From NCBI RefSeq assembly GCF_006345805.1, contig NC_043006.1, positions 28,520,001 to 28,584,000 on the forward strand: a stretch of 64,000 nucleotides of DNA. The letters run 5' to 3'. Of the stretch, positions 55,543-61,261 are shown piece after piece. Positions within the stretch are counted from its first letter, which is position 1, and each line of letters opens with the position of its first letter. Made by a program: the position numbers and the translations under genes. The notes under the pieces were generated by a model. The model was not told where the DNA came from. It did not search any database and was given only the letters and a program-made list of their open reading frames with translations. The stretch is from Octopus sinensis. Lineage: Eukaryota.

Positions 55543-58500
55543 GATACATATATATACACACACACAGTAATCCCTTGACTATTGCAGGTGTTACGTTCCA
55601 AAAACACCCGTGATAGGTGAAAAAAAATATCAGTGAAGTAGAAACAGTACTGTACTGAATATTTTCTTTATTATTTTTATAATTTGTATATATTTAGTTT
55701 ATTAAAAATGCAAAACCACACCGTGGAAGAATCGACATAAGCTTGAATAATAAACCGTGATAGGTGAACCACGATATGATAAGGGATTACTGTATATACA
55801 CACACACAAATTACAAACACTCTGACTCTCAGAAATGCAATTAACTAGTTCTTGACTCATGGGAGTCTTGTAACCAATAATCTGATTCTTCATCAATCGT
55901 AAGATAAAATAAGTAGACTGTAACCCTTTCAAATTCAAATTACTTTCTCAAAACTAATATTTATTTGCATTGTTTTAAATGATCATGCACTGTCTCAGCT
56001 TTGAGTTTTCAATGATGCAATTGTGTATTTTTAGAATGACATTGTAGGGTAGGTGTGAAAGGCAAAAATCTAGCTGATCTGAAGGTAAAACAGCCTGATA
56101 TGGCTAGTTTAAATGCTAAAATGTTAATTCTGCTAAAATGATTTTTAATGAATATCTCGGATCTTACCTAGGCTAAAAGTTGAAATTCAGAGAAAGAAAA
56201 AAAGAAAGATGGATGGATGGATGGAGAGAGACATAGAGAGAGAAAGCATTTATACTTACGCACTGAATCACATTTTATCAAACCCTGCTGTTTTCTCCTG
56301 CTGACCTTTACACTGTGCCATTTTCCATCATTAAAAGTGTTGTTAGTTCTCAGAACAAGACGTCCACTACCTAATTCATACTGGTAGACCAGGTGACCAT
56401 CTTCAAGGTGAAGTGAAGCAAAATCAGTCTCACTGTTATGATACATCAACATCAACAAGCCATTTGGTTTAGAGGTTTTAAATTCCATTGATATTGCAAA
56501 TCTAGATGAAAAAGTTGGCTGAACTTTCAGTTTGGCATAACTTCTCCCATCAAAGCGATAACCATCGTTTACAGTAGTTGCAGATACTTTTCTGCAGGAA
56601 TACAAAATAGAAAAGAATGTAAATAGATTAATGACAAAAATGCAAGGTTTTCAGTTGAATTGAGTTTAAGTCTCAGTTTAAGGTCACAACACAATTTTTT
56701 CAGCACATTAAATCCTCCTCCTCATCAACAACAGCCACATTTTCATGCTTGTATGGATCAGACAGAATTTGTTAAAACAAATTTTCTATAGCCTCCAACT
56801 CTCACTTGATTCCAAGCAAGACAATGGCCAAATATGGCCAAATATGCTTTCCTTGGAAGACTGGAAATGAACAATAATGCAGGTATGACAGAGTTGCTCA
56901 CTTACAATCATCACATGAAGTCAAGACAAGGGCACACGCACACACACACGATAGGCTTCTTTCAGTTTCTATTTACCAAATGATAATATTCTGTATATTA
57001 TTATAAAGAATATTATTATTATTCTGTATAATAATAATAATAATCTCGTGGCCTATACCAGGGGCGTAACCAGCCCACTTATGCATACCTTTTCCTTCTT
57101 TGGACACTAAACTCTGCTTGCAAAGACCTATTGAGGCAAGTGAAATCAAAATCAAATTCGACAACTGGCATCCGTGCTAGCAGGGTGCAAAGAGCACCAT
57201 ATGAGTGTGATCGTTGACAGAGTGGCTAACAGGCTTCTGTGCCAGTGGCACATAAAAGGCACCATTCAAGTGTGATCGTTACCAACATTGCCTTACTGGC
57301 ACTTGTGCCCCATGCTAGTAGGGTGCTAAAAGCACCATCCAAGTGTGATAGTTGCCAAAGCGGCTAACTGGCTTCCGTGCCAGTGGCATGTATAAAAAGA
57401 TTCAAGTGAGGTCATTGCCACTACCACCTGACTAGCCCCCATGCTGGTGGCATGTAAAAGCACCCACTACACTCTCTGAGTGGTTGGCATTAGGAAGAGC
57501 ATCCAGCTGTAGAAACTCTGTCAGATCAAGATTGGAGCCTGGTGCAGCCATCTGGTTCGCCAGCCCTCAGTCAAATCGTCCAACCCCTGCTAGCATGGAA
57601 AGCAGACGTTAAACGATGAGTATTATTATTATTATTATATAATATTACTATTATTACACAGAAAGTGGTGAACTGGCAGAGTGTTTACCACATCAGACAA
57701 AATGCTTAGTGATATTCATTCCTACTCTTTATATTCCAAGCTTAGATTCTGCCATAGTCAACTTATCTTTTCATCCATAAAATAAAGTGGTTCTAGGGTA
57801 ATTGATACCAGGACAGCTCATACCTGGACAATTGATATCTAGGACAACTGATAACAAGTATAACATGAAAAAGATAAAATTTTGAAAGAAATTTTGTATG
57901 TGTGTGGTGTGTGTGTGGTGTGTGTGTGTGTATATGTGGGTGCATGTGTGTGTGTGTTTGTGTGCACGTAGTTGTGTATTTTTGTGTGTGCATGTGGTCT
58001 GTGTATGTATGTGTGTGTGTGGTGTATGTATGAGTGTGTATTTGTGTGTGTGTGTGTGTGTGTGGTATGTGTGTGTGTGTGGTATTTATTTGTATGTAGT
58101 ATGTATTTGTGTGTATCATGTGTGCGTATGGATGTATGTGTGTGTGTGTGTGCATGTATATGTGATGTGTATTTGTGTGCATGTGGTATGTGTGTATGTG
58201 GTGTGTGTATGTATGTGGTGTGTGTGTGTGTGAGTATGTAATATGTGTATGTATGGTGCATATTTGCGTGCGTATTTGTGTGTGTGTATTTGTGTGTATG
58301 TGTGTGCATGTGGTCTGTGTATGTATGTGTGTGTGTGGTGTATGTATGAGTGTGTATTTGTGTGTGTGTGTGTGTGTGTGGTATGTGTGTGTGTGTGGTA
58401 TTTATTTGTATGTAGTATGTATTTGTGTGTATCATGTGTGCGTATGGATGTATGTGTGTGTGTGTGTGCATGTATATGTGATGTGTATTTGTGTGCATGT

Positions 58501-59630
58501 GGTATGTGTGTATGTGGTGTGTGTATGTATGTGGTGTGTGTGTGTGTGAGTATGTAATATGTGTATGTATGGTGCATATTTGCGTGCGTATTTGTGTGTG
58601 TGTATTTGTGTGTATGTGTGTGTGGTGTGTATTTGTGTGTGTGTGTATGTGTGTGTGTGTATTTGTGTGTGTGTGTCTGTGTGGTATGCATATATGTGGT
58701 GTGTGCAATTATTTTATTCTTACTTGATTTTTCTTTCAAAACTAAATCTTTATCACTTTATACCTGTTATGAGTTGTCCTGTTATCAATTGTCCAGGTAT
58801 GAGTTGTTTGATATGAGATGCCCAGGAATGAGTTGTCCTGGTATCAGTTGCCCTGACACGAAATAAAGTACCAATAAAGTACTGGGATTGATGGTATTCA
58901 CTAACTCCCTCCCCTGAAAACTGCTAGTCTTGCGCCAAAATATGAAACTATTATTATTGTCATTATTATTATCATTGTCGTTGTCGTTGTCATTATCATT
59001 ATCCTCCTCCTCCTTCTCCTTCTTCTTCTTCTTATTATTATTATTATTATCATTGTTATTATTATCATTATTATTATTGAGTGAGAGAGCCATGCATGCC
59101 ATCGAAATGACACTGGGATAAAATATACGAAGTCCAGCATACCCATTATGACTACCCGTCCGATAAGGGTACACCAGGCACATGGATCACAACCATATGT
59201 GTGCAACATGGTGTTCTCATATCAAGATAAACAGGGCATGATCTTGCAGGTTGGGCCCAGTTAGAATTTTCTTCAGGTTGAGTAGCCCAACCTGCTCAAA
59301 AGGTTCTGAATAAGAGTTGTTTAAGGATGTTGAACAAAACAACCATGTTTCCAGAGGTGAATTACTCGAACCCCATAGAATTCTTCTCAACACGTGGCAA
59401 TGATACGCCCTCCCCTACTACTTCTGCTCATGATCCACTAAAGGACATGTTCAACTGGTTATACCACTGCAAGGTCATGCACTGTTTATCATGATATCTT
59501 ATCACCATATCACACATATATGGTGTGATGCATGTGCCTGGTGGTCCCTAATCAGATGCCTAGTCAGATGGGTATATTGGGCTTTGTATATTTGTACCCG
59601 TGTCACTTTGGTGGCAAGCACTAAAAAACG

Positions 59631-59668
<38 letters not shown>

Positions 59669-59874
59669 TTTCACTAAAGGCACAAGGTCTGAAATTTGCA
59701 GGGAAGAGACTGGTCAATTACATCAACTCCAGTGTTTCACTGCTACTTAATTTATCAACCCCAAAAAGATGAAAAGCAAAGTCAACCTCGGTGGAATTTG
59801 AACTCAGAACATAGCGACGGGCAAAATACTAAGTATTTCATCCAGCATGCTAACAATTCTGCCAGCTCACAGCC

Positions 59875-59908
<34 letters not shown>

Positions 59909-59917
59909 TAATAATAA

Positions 59918-59949
<32 letters not shown>

Positions 59950-61215
59950 ATGACAACGACGCTGCCGCCACCAACGACGACGACAACAGCAACAACAACA
60001 ACAATAATAATATTTGAAGAAAGAAGGAAAAATAATAATAATAATAATAATCCTTTCTATTAGAAGCACAAAACCTGAAATTTTGGTGGGAAGGGAAATG
60101 GTAATTTACATCAACCCCAGGCTCAACTGGTACTTATTTCATGGATCCTAAAAGGATAAAAGGCAAAACTAACCTTGGTGTAATTTGAACTAAGAAAGTA
60201 GTGCCAGAAGAAATGCCACTAAGCATTTAGTAGTGTGCTAACGAATCTACCAGCTCACTACCTCAACAACAACAACAGCATGGTAGCAGTGGCAATGATG
60301 ATAATAGTAATAATAATAATGCAGAGCAAAATATTGAAGGAAATGTAGAAAATAGTTAATTCATAGAAAGATTCAAATAGGCGCAGGAGTGGATGTGTGG
60401 TAAGTAGCTTGCTTACCAACCACATGGTTCTGGGTTCAGTCCCACTGCGCAGCACTTTGGGCAAGTGTCTTCTACTATAGCCTCGGGCCGACCAAAGCCT
60501 TGTGAGTGGATTGGTAGACGGAAACTGAAAGAAGCCTGTCGTGTATATGTATATACATATATGTATATATATATGCATGTGTTTGTGTGTCTGGGTTTGT
60601 CCTCCCAACATCGCTTGACTACCGATGCTGGTGTGTTCATGTCCCCGTAACTTAGCGGTTCGGCAAAACAGACCGATAGAATAAGTACTAGGCTTACAAA
60701 GAATAAGTCCTGGGGTCGATTTGCTCGACTAAAGGCGGTGCTCCAGCATGGCCGCAGTCAAATGACTGAAACAAGTAAAAGAGTAAAAGAGTAAAAAGAG
60801 TAAATACCTATTGCGGAATCCTGCAAAATTATTTTCTCCAAAAGCAAAGTTCCACAGCCCTAAGATGTAATCATTGAACGTGAAACCTTCTATTGCTCCA
60901 TGGTATCTATTTCGGGTAACACTGGAGGGAATCTGTAAATAGAAAAAAGAAAAAGTGATAATAATAATTTCTAATTAGGTTTTGTGTCTTTGTGTTTGTC
61001 CACCACCACCGACTGACAAGCCAGTGTTAGTTTCATTCAGTACTATATTTAAGAGATGAGGAATTATGTACATTATTTACATTTGACAGATATTTGTCCT
61101 CATCTTGTTTGTTGTTAACACAATGTTTCGGCTGATATACCCTCCAGCCTTCATCAGGTGTCTTGGAGAAATTTCAAACCTGGGTTCTCATTCCTAAGGT
61201 ATTTTTCGATGTTAC

Positions 61216-61261
<46 letters not shown>

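Noticed and set aside
57793-58866. His/Thr- and Cys/Val-rich ORFs up to 289 aa
   Set aside because: Translations of the (GT)n/(CA)n core of the foldback element.
60808-60932. LG1 lacks the usual Cys pair (YHGAIE instead of GC)
   Set aside because: Both Cys are absent together, and as far as I recall insect LanA-type chains share this, so it is probably a subfamily trait rather than a novelty.
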